DNA of 20,000 nt from an uncultured virus (IMG/VR IMGVR_UViG_3300005683_000013) (IMGVR_UViG_3300005683_000013), one strand, 5' to 3'. Counted from the first letter of the stretch, positions 1 to 8,944 are shown. Program-made: numbers and translations. The notes: generated by a model from the letters alone, not told the origin.

Positions 1-47
1 TCAATTCCTTCAAACGCTATGATTTTACAATATTGTTTATTTATCAT
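1..47 (-). CDS. tmk: 5' fragment of probable thymidylate (dTMP) kinase, runs off the window edge
   Basis: ATG at 47 reads MINKQYCKIIAFEGI(D/E), matching the start of the dTMP kinase P-loop (I.FEG.DG.GK). It overlaps the 3' end of thyX. Only 15 codons are visible. Confidence 0.55.
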   Translation of the reverse strand, partial: MINKQYCKIIAFEGI

Positions 48-795
48 GTTGTTCAACTATCTCAAGAGGTCTAAGAACTGGAGACACTAAATCGAACGTT
101 GCTTTAGCATACTCTCTAATTTCTTGTTGAGCATGACTATTCATCAAACGTTGTTCCCAAAAATAAATCAAACACTGCAAACTACACGTCCAAACACATT
201 CTGAATAGATCGTCTGTGGTAACAATCCACGAACTTGTTCTTTTGCCGCGCCAGCATCAACTAACGTTTTGTAGTTCTTGTACTGATTCAAACACGATTG
301 TTTGAAAAATTCAACAGGTGCAAGTCCATCAATAAAAACATCAGAAAGAACGCCATCGCTCCCCTGCTTGTTTGACTTTGATTGCTTTCTAATTTCTGAT
401 GGAACATAAAATTCTGGCTCAAATTCAACGTATCGACCACTCATTTCATTCCAATTTGTCTCAGGAATTTCAATTGTGCCAACGTTTTCAGATTCTAACC
501 AGTCACAGCCTATTTGATGTTTCCACCATTGTCGGAAAACAATCAATGGTGCTTTGACACGAAAAGAAAAATATGAGTGTCTAAACGTAGAATAATGTTG
601 ATGTTTCAAAAGATAGTTGATTAATTTGACGTCATCTTGTGAAAGAGTGTCAACTTCTTTATGAAAAGAAACGCGAGCAGCATTAACGATCTTTAATTTT
701 GGATCTTGAATCATGCCATCAAAAAATTGAACATGACCGTGATCTAAAACTTGACGTGAATCAAAGTAATTTCGTAAGTCAAAGTTATCATTCAT
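37..795 (-). CDS. thyX: FAD-dependent thymidylate synthase ThyX
   Basis: IVNAARVS, H.S.F.H (HYSTFRH), APLIVFRQWWKH, WNEMSGRY, RKQSKSNKQGS, KEQVRGLLP and HAQQEIREYA are all typical ThyX segments. Confidence 0.92.
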   Translation of the reverse strand: MNDNFDLRNYFDSRQVLDHGHVQFFDGMIQDPKLKIVNAARVSFHKEVDTLSQDDVKLINYLLKHQHYSTFRHSYFSFRVKAPLIVFRQWWKHQIGCDWLESENVGTIEIPETNWNEMSGRYVEFEPEFYVPSEIRKQSKSNKQGSDGVLSDVFIDGLAPVEFFKQSCLNQYKNYKTLVDAGAAKEQVRGLLPQTIYSECVWTCSLQCLIYFWEQRLMNSHAQQEIREYAKATFDLVSPVLRPLEIVEQHDK

Positions 796-812
796 TCTCG
801 AACGCCTTTCGA

Positions 813-819
813 ATATTTA
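813..819 (+). promoter_or_regulatory. Putative late promoter motif ATATTTA, 5 nt before the ATG at 825
   Basis: The same motif and spacing recur before the ATGs at 9958 and 14254. Confidence 0.55.
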
Positions 820-824
820 CAGAT

Positions 825-1427
825 ATGCAAGTTTTACGTGAATACATCAGACAATTTATCTTTGAGGATCGAGCATGGAAACGCGCGGGACTACAATTTG
901 ACCCACTTGGCCCATTAAAAAAATGGGCAGGAAAAGGAACATTTGTACATTTTGGGAATATCAACAAACTAGGGATCAACCCACAATTTCAATACATTTA
1001 CCCATTTGGTATTCACTCGTATATTTTTACGACAGAACTTCTAGACAAGATTCTCAATAACTCAGTTCCATTTGCCGGTCATAGAGAATATATCCATATT
1101 TTTAAGCCTGTATTACCATCACTTGTCATTACAAAAGAAAATTTTTCTGAAGATGATTACGAATATTACGTTAGCATGCTAAAAGACATGGGTAAACATA
1201 TTCCAGAAATGTCATCTCAAGAATCTCCAATCGAACGCTTCATGAAACTGACAAAACAAATATCAGGTGGTAACAACTACGTTCAATGGGGAATGTTATT
1301 TAGAAAACTTGGTATCGAGGGTCTTGTTGATAAAAAAAGAAACCTAGCTGTGTTTTTTGGTAAGGACACAATTAAACATCTCGACACAGTGATGAATCCT
1401 CACTTCTCAAAAGAAGAAGATTATTGA
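825..1427 (+). CDS. Hypothetical protein with LREYIR-type N-terminal leader (putative virion-internal protein)
   Basis: Only credible plus-strand gene. Start moved from 699 (overlaps thyX) to ATG 825 (MQVLREYIRQFIFED), which follows ATATTTA-N5. Confidence 0.7.
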   Translation: MQVLREYIRQFIFEDRAWKRAGLQFDPLGPLKKWAGKGTFVHFGNINKLGINPQFQYIYPFGIHSYIFTTELLDKILNNSVPFAGHREYIHIFKPVLPSLVITKENFSEDDYEYYVSMLKDMGKHIPEMSSQESPIERFMKLTKQISGGNNYVQWGMLFRKLGIEGLVDKKRNLAVFFGKDTIKHLDTVMNPHFSKEEDY

Positions 1428-1765
1428 AACGTAAATTGATCAAGACAGATTTTTGCATCTGTCTTGATTGTCTGATTGGCATGCATTTTTATAATTGACA
1501 GCAACTGTAGTTTTACATCTTGTGAAAAGACAACGTTTGTCGTAACAAACAAAACTCGCAAACCAAATATTGCAGAACTCACAACGTCATCAACGTCTGA
1601 TTTCAATTGTTTCAGTAGTAGTGTCTGTGCCATCTGAGTGTCACTCAATAATGGTATGGCATCTGTGGCATAGACAACTTCTTTGTCACTCAAAGAATTT
1701 TCTACAATGGCTCTATGCAATTCTAACGGCCATTGTGTGGCATATGTCCAATACTTGAAAAACAT
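1421..1765 (-). CDS. Hypothetical protein (114 aa)
   Basis: ORF with a GAGG RBS just upstream of the ATG. It fills the intergenic space and has no recognisable motif. Confidence 0.65.
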   Translation of the reverse strand: MFFKYWTYATQWPLELHRAIVENSLSDKEVVYATDAIPLLSDTQMAQTLLLKQLKSDVDDVVSSAIFGLRVLFVTTNVVFSQDVKLQLLSIIKMHANQTIKTDAKICLDQFTFQ

Positions 1766-1779
1766 GTTACCTCATACAA

Positions 1780-1803
1780 GAAATGGGTCAAACGACCCAT
1801 TTC
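1780..1803 (-). terminator. Stem-loop, probable intrinsic terminator
   Basis: GAAATGGGTC-4 nt loop-GACCCATTTC, a perfect 10-bp stem about 30 nt downstream of the stop at 1832. The U-tract is weak. Confidence 0.6.
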
Positions 1804-1831
1804 AAACGTACTTTATTTTATGTAGCTTGTA

Positions 1832-2221
1832 TTAAAATCTTGGCGGAGCGATTGTTTTACGTTGATCTGGATTCGGACCAGTGTCTGGTCTATCGTCAAA
1901 TGATGTTTGTACATCACCAACTTTTGCTGTTCTCACAGCAGAACTAACTGATTTATCAATCAATATACGAAGCTCATGTTCAAATTGAGCGGCGGCGTCA
2001 CTGACATGTTCTCTAACGGTTGACGCGATAGATTGACGTGTTCTATTATCTGCACCTTTTCCGCCGTTCTGATCAACGATCATATTTGACACAGCGGTTG
2101 GAAATGCATTTGCCAACCGCTGAAATCCGTCTTTGAGAGTGCTATTTGACATAGCTCCAGAAGAATACGGAGTAAATTCTTCTCTAATCAAACGCTTTAG
2201 TTCTTTCACTTTGATCTTCAT
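1832..2221 (-). CDS. Hypothetical protein with MKIKVKELKRLIREE leader (putative virion-internal protein)
   Basis: Start moved from 2326 to ATG 2221 because of the leader motif and the upstream ATATTTA at 2273-2279. Confidence 0.65.
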   Translation of the reverse strand: MKIKVKELKRLIREEFTPYSSGAMSNSTLKDGFQRLANAFPTAVSNMIVDQNGGKGADNRTRQSIASTVREHVSDAAAQFEHELRILIDKSVSSAVRTAKVGDVQTSFDDRPDTGPNPDQRKTIAPPRF

Positions 2222-2272
2222 GCTTGCACTTTCGAAAACCTCTGTTGACTTAAAGAGGTTGCTGACGTATCT

Positions 2273-2279
2273 TAAATAT
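2273..2279 (-). promoter_or_regulatory. Putative late promoter motif ATATTTA, followed by a 5' leader with a 7-bp hairpin (2237-2260)
   Basis: TAAATAT on the plus strand, in the intergenic region after nrdJ. An AACCTCT/AGAGGTT inverted repeat lies between the motif and the ATG. Confidence 0.45.
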
Positions 2280-2349
2280 TGCATGAGAACAATATACTCC
2301 GTTAATAAATTGAACATCATTCTCATGCAACACCCAAAATCTGACTAAA

Positions 2350-4566
2350 TCATCCGCATCGAGAATTTCCACAAGCGGAACACTTAACACAACCTTCTTG
2401 ATAAATAAGCGTTCCTTCAGCACCACAGACATCACACTTCTTTTCTGAAGTTGATTTGACTCCATCTGGGATGTATGCCTTTAGAACTCTTGCGATCACT
2501 CTAGCAAATGATGTCATGTCGCTATATTTGTCTTTTTGCAGTTGTTCAACAATGTATTGAACAGGAACATTATGTCGTAACAGCAATGATAACATTCTTG
2601 TTAGCGCGCCCTGTGTTGGATTGTCAAACAATTGAACAATGTCTTTGAACACAAAATCGTCTTCACCAACAGTGATCTTAAGATTATACGACGTTATTCC
2701 GTCTTTCTTGCCGTTTTTCACAAGAATTCCATGTTTGATTTTTTTTGACACTTCGACAAGCGACGATAATCCGCCAAAGACTTCGTAAGGTTTACCATTT
2801 AATAAACCAACAAGAATTGTCCAGGACTCACCTGCAATTTTCACTTGTTTAATGTCGCAAGGTAATTCCTTATGACGTTTAAGTGCATGATTCTCTTCTA
2901 TGATAGAACGTTCTTGAACTGGCTTTGGATTTTTACGAGATTCGTAATATTCTTTAATTTGTTTCAGCGTTGTTTTATAACCTGATGGCATGTTTCGAAA
3001 ATACTTTTCGCCTATGCCTAACATCTTTTCAATTTCTGCATCAGGAACAGCATCATATCGACCAGGAATGTCAATCTGAACCTTCCCATCATCAGACACT
3101 AAAACACCGTCCCTAGATTTATCTCGATAAACAGTGATGCCTTTACACCCAGATTTCCAAGCCTCAAGATACACTTGTGAAACTAGATCATGTGATGCAT
3201 TCTGTGGAAGATTTACTGTTTTTGAAATACTATGACAAATCCATTTTTGAGCTGTTGCTTGCAACTTGACAGTCATCATCCAATCAATGTCATTACTAAG
3301 CGCTTTATGATATGGAGAATCTTTTACGTCAGTTTTTCCTGTGACGTCCATCCATTGTTTAAACGCATGATGATAAACTGTGTGATTTGTCCATTTATCA
3401 CCCATAGCATCAACAAAATCAACTTTTGAATCAATGTCATTAGGATTTTGTTTTTTACGTCGAGTATATGATAACATAAACGCTGGTTCAATCCCACTAG
3501 TTGTTTGTGTTAGTGTAGACAGTGAACCAACAGGTGCGGTCGTCGTATTTGCGATGTTACGTCTACCAAATTTCTTATAGCGTTCAGACAGTTCAGAATC
3601 TTGAGACATTATTCGTTGAATGAACGGATGTTGATGTTCTAGTTCATAATCGTATACTGCGAACGGGCCACGTTCCTCAGCCATTTTGACGCTTGAACGA
3701 TATGATGCAAGCGCAAGAGCACGATAAATTTTATCAGTCCATTCAATTGATTCTTCAGACCCGTACCTCACGTTCAACATTGCAAGAGCATCGCCGAGAC
3801 CAGTTGGACCGAGACCAGTTCGTCTTCCATTTACACATGCACTTCGAATTTTTTTCCAAAGTTCAAGTTCTATTGTTTTGACGTATTCGCTTTCTGGATC
3901 TGTTTGCACTTTATTAATGATCTTGTCAATCATTTCAATTTCAAGATCAACAATATCATCTAACAATCTTTGACCTATTTGAGCACATTCATCAAATTTT
4001 TCAAAATTGAATGTTGGGTTGTTTGTAAACGCACCATCAACAAAATGTGTTAGATCGATTGCTAACAACCTACATGAGTCTCCCATTGAAAGTGCAAGCT
4101 CTGCGCATGGATTTGTGCTTACAGTTTTAAATCCAAAATCTTTGTAGATATCAGCAACACCGTTATTGATCATTGCATCCCAAAACAACCCACCTGGTTC
4201 TGCAGAATCCCATCCTGCATCAATAAATTGTTCCCAAACGTCTCTTGCACGAACAACTTTTGTAATTTTTGCTTGTTCAATTGGAACGTCTATAGGCCAT
4301 TGCAACGTAAAATCTGTGTCTTTGTCAACTGCCTCCATAAACTCATCACAAAGTTTAATTGAAATATTTGCGCCGGTGACGCGTGTTCTATCACGTTTAA
4401 TGTGAATAAATGTTTCAATCTCTGGATGATTGCAATTTGATGTATAAAAACCGTTTGCAAGAATTCTATGTGTATCTTTTACTGTAAAATCATAACTAGG
4501 GCCTCGACCAATAGATTTAATACTTTTAATTTTTGACGTGCTCTTGATAACTCTAATCACTTCCAT
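2350..4566 (-). CDS. nrdJ: Class II (B12-dependent) ribonucleotide reductase, C-terminal part, preceded by a C-intein
   Basis: HPEIETFI, ANIS, AEPG, TNPCAEL (radical Cys), CRL, RRTGLG, APVGS, SGIEP, ISKTVN and GCKGITVYR, plus a C-terminal TSCPD-like domain and CxxC..EGCxxCxxCGxSxC zinc ribbon. GGAG RBS lies inside the endonuclease ORF. Confidence 0.93.
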   Translation of the reverse strand: MEVIRVIKSTSKIKSIKSIGRGPSYDFTVKDTHRILANGFYTSNCNHPEIETFIHIKRDRTRVTGANISIKLCDEFMEAVDKDTDFTLQWPIDVPIEQAKITKVVRARDVWEQFIDAGWDSAEPGGLFWDAMINNGVADIYKDFGFKTVSTNPCAELALSMGDSCRLLAIDLTHFVDGAFTNNPTFNFEKFDECAQIGQRLLDDIVDLEIEMIDKIINKVQTDPESEYVKTIELELWKKIRSACVNGRRTGLGPTGLGDALAMLNVRYGSEESIEWTDKIYRALALASYRSSVKMAEERGPFAVYDYELEHQHPFIQRIMSQDSELSERYKKFGRRNIANTTTAPVGSLSTLTQTTSGIEPAFMLSYTRRKKQNPNDIDSKVDFVDAMGDKWTNHTVYHHAFKQWMDVTGKTDVKDSPYHKALSNDIDWMMTVKLQATAQKWICHSISKTVNLPQNASHDLVSQVYLEAWKSGCKGITVYRDKSRDGVLVSDDGKVQIDIPGRYDAVPDAEIEKMLGIGEKYFRNMPSGYKTTLKQIKEYYESRKNPKPVQERSIIEENHALKRHKELPCDIKQVKIAGESWTILVGLLNGKPYEVFGGLSSLVEVSKKIKHGILVKNGKKDGITSYNLKITVGEDDFVFKDIVQLFDNPTQGALTRMLSLLLRHNVPVQYIVEQLQKDKYSDMTSFARVIARVLKAYIPDGVKSTSEKKCDVCGAEGTLIYQEGCVKCSACGNSRCG
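4435..4566 (-). mobile_element. Split intein C-fragment of NrdJ (44 aa)
   Basis: Block F SYDFTVKDTHRILANG and block G FYTSN, followed by +1 Cys (CNHPEI). The fragment is basic. Confidence 0.88.
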
Positions 4567-5509
4567 TTAAAATCTCCATAATTTTGTTTTTAACAACATC
4601 AAAATTACAATGGATGTCATGTTCCCAAAATTCAACGTATTTGTAATCATTATCAATTGCAATTTGTTCTTTTATTTTATCATCTTGTCTTTTAGCGATT
4701 TGATGATCACGTAACAACTTTAAACCATCACCGTAAAACCTAGGATTTCCATGCCAAAAATCACCTTGCACTTCAATTATTGTTTTTTTGTCGTAAATAA
4801 CAAAATCATATTGTCGTTTCTGTAAAATAAATGAATATTTGAAATTAGCATTAACTTCGATTAGAAATTTTTCAATTTTTTCTTCAATTTCTGTTTTCTT
4901 GATTTTACAAGCCAAAAATTGAGCCTGTGAAGCTGCCTTAATTTTTTCAATCGTTTCACTACTGTATATGCCTGTCTTACCTTTGTTCCATGGAATATAA
5001 TTTCTATGAAAAAGCATATCATTTATTTTTCTAGTTAGTATGCGTCGATTCGTAATTTCATCTTTATTTTCAGAACTGCACCAATGTGTTTCGGCAATAG
5101 CTAAACCAATTTCTTTATTGATTGATTCAGCACATTGTGTGCTACAACATCCTCTCAATTTTTTTGATTTTTTACATTGAATACCACATTTTTTACAGTT
5201 TCTAATCGATCGAGATAAAGCAGAAAGTTGTTTTTTTTCATTTATAACTTTATCTCGATCGATTTTTGACGCAAATTTTTTTACAATAATTTTTTTGCGA
5301 GAAATTTTTGCCGTCTTCCAATCGACACAAAACATTTCCTTTCCAATAAGGATATCACACAATTGTTGATTATTGTAATTTAGTGCTCTAATTAAACTTG
5401 TTCCAGTTCTAAACTTATTTGTTTTAATTCCTTGATATTCAACAACTTCAGGTAATTCAAACCATAATAAATCAAATGATTCTTTTAATAATTTCAGGGT
5501 GATTGACAT
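4553..5509 (-). CDS. Free-standing homing endonuclease, Vsr-like/EDxHD type, with Cys-rich and NUMOD3-like DNA-binding modules
   Basis: C-terminal TEIE..YDF..IIEVQGDFWHG..D..K..FWEHD nuclease motif, CKKC..CCSTQC cluster and PWNKGKTGIYSSETIEKI. Sits between the two intein halves and is visibly more AT-rich than its flanks. Confidence 0.85.
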   Translation of the reverse strand: MSITLKLLKESFDLLWFELPEVVEYQGIKTNKFRTGTSLIRALNYNNQQLCDILIGKEMFCVDWKTAKISRKKIIVKKFASKIDRDKVINEKKQLSALSRSIRNCKKCGIQCKKSKKLRGCCSTQCAESINKEIGLAIAETHWCSSENKDEITNRRILTRKINDMLFHRNYIPWNKGKTGIYSSETIEKIKAASQAQFLACKIKKTEIEEKIEKFLIEVNANFKYSFILQKRQYDFVIYDKKTIIEVQGDFWHGNPRFYGDGLKLLRDHQIAKRQDDKIKEQIAIDNDYKYVEFWEHDIHCNFDVVKNKIMEILNGSD

Positions 5510-5521
5510 ATATCATATATA

Positions 5522-5833
5522 TCAGCCCTCACTAAGTGTTGTATCATAAAACACTAACTCTTCTTTTTCAACGTCAACGTATTTAATTTCTTTCAAATAT
5601 TCTTCACCAGTATCAATGTTTTTGACAACAAATTTATGATCTGATGTAACCTTGATAGTTTTACCATTTTCGGTCTCAATTTCATACAATTCGCTATCTT
5701 CAAATTTTTGATACGCTTCGATTTCTTTCCATCCTTCATGTGTCCAAACCTTACCAGAATATTGTGTATCGACAACGTTGTCAATTCTTTGCCATCCATC
5801 TTGAGTCAAAACATTTGTTGACCCTTCGAAACA
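5522..5833 (-). mobile_element. Split intein N-fragment of NrdJ (103 aa)
   Basis: Block A CFEGSTNVLTQDG and block B IKVTSDHKF. The fragment is strongly acidic and ends at a stop codon. Confidence 0.9.
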
Positions 5834-6409
5834 TTGAATAGTCAACATGAGCGCGCCGCGTCTTCCACCTTGAGCAACTTCACGACAAGTGTTACTGTAT
5901 CTATCCATAAACACAGCAATTCCATCAGTTGTACCGGCCGCATTTGCAGTTGGCATTCCCTTGGGTCTAATTGATGATATGTCAAATCCGACGCCGCCTC
6001 GGCGCTTCATGATTTGTGCCTCTTGTTGATCAGTATAGAAGATTCCAGCATATGAATCTTCTGGTGATGCAACAACAAAACAATTTGAAATGCTTTGAAT
6101 CTTGTATGGGTTACCAATACCAGATAACGGGCTTCCTTGCGGAACGATTGGGCCCATGCCTAATCTTCCTGGACGTTTACACATATAAGAGTAAATTTGT
6201 TCACTAGAAAGAGGATTCGGATATCTTGCTTCAATGCGAGCAAGTTCAGGTGCAATACGATTCTTGAACATGTCATCAGGATCTGATTCAAGAATCGTAT
6301 TTTCATTATCTCTCAATGCATATTTTCCTAAAAAAACATCTGGAGCTACAGTGTCATCTGGAAAATACGCTTGTGTGCTGTGCTTTGCTTCGTCGTAAGT
6401 TAATTTCAT
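5522..6409 (-). CDS. nrdJ: Class II ribonucleotide reductase, N-terminal part, fused to an N-intein
   Basis: FLGKYALRD, PQGSP, SNCFV, KRRGGVGFDISSIRPKG and VAQGGRRGALML. GAGG RBS. No ATP cone is visible. Confidence 0.92.
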   Translation of the reverse strand: MKLTYDEAKHSTQAYFPDDTVAPDVFLGKYALRDNENTILESDPDDMFKNRIAPELARIEARYPNPLSSEQIYSYMCKRPGRLGMGPIVPQGSPLSGIGNPYKIQSISNCFVVASPEDSYAGIFYTDQQEAQIMKRRGGVGFDISSIRPKGMPTANAAGTTDGIAVFMDRYSNTCREVAQGGRRGALMLTIQCFEGSTNVLTQDGWQRIDNVVDTQYSGKVWTHEGWKEIEAYQKFEDSELYEIETENGKTIKVTSDHKFVVKNIDTGEEYLKEIKYVDVEKEELVFYDTTLSEG

Positions 6410-6430
6410 ATATTTCCTCGTCTAACAACG

Positions 6431-7834
6431 TTACGAAACTTCCTTTATTTCAATCCTGCTATTGAAATGTTGAAGTTTGTCTTTTATCGCCTTTTTTAGA
6501 TCTTGTTCATTTTGAATCGTTGCGTCGGTTGCTGACATTGGCGTGGTTTTTTCACCAATAATTTCAAACTTTGATCGAGCAGTATCAATTTTTACTGGAA
6601 AAATTATGCCGTCTCTTCCGGCACGATTTTTTGCAACATACAACCGACCAAATCCCGATGCTTTTTCAACTGATCTTCTAGAAATAGTGATGACAAAATC
6701 ATCAATGAAAGCTTTTCCATAACCTTCACTCATGTTTGTCAAATCGATTATTTCGCTGTCTGCACCCTCTTTGTTTGATTGACTCGCGGTAAAAATAGGT
6801 ATCCCCAGCTCACCAGCATAACCACGTAATTCTTCATGTATTAATTTTAGTTCATGACGCAATGAATCATATTGACGTGTTGATCTCATGATATCAGCAT
6901 AGTCAACAATGATTAAGTCAGGTCTAAATCCCTTTAGAGCGCATCTCTCAACGTGTGATCTAATGGTTAAAATTGATGCAGAATTCGTGGGAAAGTATTT
7001 GATCTTTAGACGACCTAATTTTGCTTGTTCTTTTGTATAATACTCAATAACTTTTTCTTTGTTAGCAATAATTTCATTACTATCGATGTCACAAAAGTTT
7101 GAGTCATATCGAATTCCAACTTTTTCTTCACTCAATTCAAACGTGTAATGCAATACATTGTACTTGTTTCGAATTGCGTTTGCTCCGATTGTCGTTAAAA
7201 AGTGAGATTTGCCTGCACCAGTGGCGCCAATGCAACACAACAACTCGCCTTTTCCCATTCCACCCTGAAGAACATCTTTTGCATCTAACTCTGGAATTCC
7301 TGTCGGGACCACACAACGATTGATTAGAGTAAATCTTGATTCCAATTCATCAAAAAAATCGTGTCCAAGCGATGGCATCGTACCGACAGAAACTGCTGTT
7401 TTGATAATATCAACAATTGATTCATATTTTTCAGTCTCAATCAAATCAACTGCTTTATCCATTGCGCCTTTAAGCGCTTGCTTTCGACAAAAATCTAATG
7501 ACTTATCTTTGACCATGGGCAAATCGCCTGGATCTGGATTTGTCTTTGTTCTTTGTAAATAATCAATTATTTGATCTCTTAATTGAATGTCTTGACCGGA
7601 TTTTAGATCATCTTTAATAATCGTGACTAGTAATTGCAAAGATGGATAATCTTTGTATTTTCTTGCATACTTGAAGTATGCGTCGGACAAATACTGTAGA
7701 TACTTTAGTTCAAAATATCTCGTATCAAAGACTTCAACCATTTGCTCTGCCCATTTTTTATCAGTGAGCAATGCTTGCATGATTTTTTCTTGAAACGACT
7801 TTCCGTATTTACCAAATGTATCAATTTCTGTCAT
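6431..7834 (-). CDS. dnaB: Replicative DNA helicase, DnaB/T4 gp41-like
   Basis: Walker A GATGAGKS, YTFELSE, Walker B IIVDYAD, TASQSN and AKNRAG. Confidence 0.9.
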   Translation of the reverse strand: MTEIDTFGKYGKSFQEKIMQALLTDKKWAEQMVEVFDTRYFELKYLQYLSDAYFKYARKYKDYPSLQLLVTIIKDDLKSGQDIQLRDQIIDYLQRTKTNPDPGDLPMVKDKSLDFCRKQALKGAMDKAVDLIETEKYESIVDIIKTAVSVGTMPSLGHDFFDELESRFTLINRCVVPTGIPELDAKDVLQGGMGKGELLCCIGATGAGKSHFLTTIGANAIRNKYNVLHYTFELSEEKVGIRYDSNFCDIDSNEIIANKEKVIEYYTKEQAKLGRLKIKYFPTNSASILTIRSHVERCALKGFRPDLIIVDYADIMRSTRQYDSLRHELKLIHEELRGYAGELGIPIFTASQSNKEGADSEIIDLTNMSEGYGKAFIDDFVITISRRSVEKASGFGRLYVAKNRAGRDGIIFPVKIDTARSKFEIIGEKTTPMSATDATIQNEQDLKKAIKDKLQHFNSRIEIKEVS

Positions 7835-7855
7835 ATGAGCCTTTCGTAAAACAGT

Positions 7856-7886
7856 TCAAGCAAAGAAAATTCCGTTCTTTGCTTGA
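7856..7886. promoter_or_regulatory. Intergenic 12-bp stem-loop between exonuclease and helicase genes
   Basis: TCAAGCAAAGAA-7 nt-TTCTTTGCTTGA perfect inverted repeat. It could be a terminator or a processing/stability element. Confidence 0.5.
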
Positions 7887-7919
7887 TTATTCAATAAACT
7901 GTAAAATTGTTTTATGTGT

Positions 7920-8912
7920 TTAAACGTTATGTTTTGTATACCCAACAAGTAAAAACGCATAAAACAATGATTCAACATCAAACGTTGTGATTCCCTCTTC
8001 GATCAACAATTTCATGAATTCAACTTTGTTTGCTGACGGTTTGTAGTTATCAACAATAAACTCAATTTTTGAAATTTGCGAAGCTGATAGCATCACGCTA
8101 TCAAGATAAACTAACTGCCAGTTCCGTTTAATCAAATCTATTGATTCAAGTACCTTAGAATAAACGCCAGATTTTTTTTGGTTCACTGTACAATAATCAA
8201 TCACTTCATCTATTAAAATGTCTCTTTCAGATCCAAACAATGGAATTCTTTTCACTAACGTTTTAAATCCAACGCCGTCAATTCCCGGTATGTTGTCTGA
8301 AACATCGCCACAAAATGCTTTTGCTAACGCAAAATTCTGTGGTGTGATCTTGTACTCTTTTATCACATCTTCTTTTTTGATGATTATCTTCTTATGAAGA
8401 TTGTAAATTTCAATAGAATCATCAAGAAGTTGATAAAAATCCTTGTCTGACGAAACGATCAATTTTTTTGCTGCTGCAAATTTGCGTTTTGCTAAAAAAG
8501 CAATTACGTCGTCGCCTTCGCAATTTGGAACGTAAACCTGACAGACAGGCAACAATTTTAGTAATTTCGCCAAAGTTCTAATTTGTTGCGATTTATTTTC
8601 TTCCGTGTCGGGAATGTCATCTTCATAAAAACGATTAAGTTTTTCAGGCTTTCGATTTGCCTTGTATTCTGAAAACAAAGACCGACGTCTAGATGAACCA
8701 CCACTTTCCCATGCAACGTAAATTGCCTTAGGATGTGTGTCATTGATGACTTTGTGTAAAGTCTTTAAAAATCCAACGATTCCACCAACTTGGTATCCAT
8801 GTGAAGACATCGCTGGAAATGCACAGTAAGACCTAATGAAAAGGTTAACTCAAAGCCCGTCGATAAGCAATATAGGACGCTTATCGACGGGCACCTCGTG
8901 ATTCTCTGTCAT
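7920..8912 (-). CDS. 5'-3' exonuclease / flap endonuclease (PolI 5' nuclease, T5 exo, T4 RNase H family), with an in-frame UGA at codon 21
   Basis: From ATG 8912 it reads MTENHEVPVDKRPILLIDGL*VNLFIRSY, in frame with the ORF-track segment 7920-8810. Downstream motifs YKANR, EGDDVI, SSDKDF and GDVSDNIPGIDGVGFKT are intact. Confidence 0.88.
8855..8892 (-). promoter_or_regulatory. Perfect 14-bp GC-rich stem-loop in coding sequence, ending 2 nt 5' of the in-frame UGA (candidate recoding signal)
   Basis: GCCCGTCGATAAGC-GTCCTATATT-GCTTATCGACGGGC, then TT TGA GTT AAC. Confidence 0.7.
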
Positions 8913-8944
8913 TGAACCAATTTACTTCAGATTATACTGATTGT

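Noticed and set aside
699..824. ORF-track N-terminal extensions (699, 2326, 9973, 14921)
   Set aside because: They overlap neighbouring genes or promoter-like motifs. Downstream ATGs fit better.
4553..5521. Group I intron or RNA-level splicing as the explanation for the nrdJ and recA interruptions
   Set aside because: The non-coding flanks are only 12-14 nt on one side and overlapping on the other, leaving no obvious room for a ribozyme core. Each C-half has its own RBS and ATG, and both halves carry intein motifs.
8850..8852. Selenocysteine insertion at the exonuclease UGA
   Set aside because: Bacterial SECIS hairpins lie 3' of the UGA, but this stem is 5'. The position is not a Cys site in this family, and readthrough would leave a two-residue insertion.
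8855..8892. Reading the 14-bp hairpin as just the kinase gene terminator
   Set aside because: Its 3' arm encodes the conserved LIDG motif of the exonuclease, and only three U residues follow. An attenuator role is not fully excluded.
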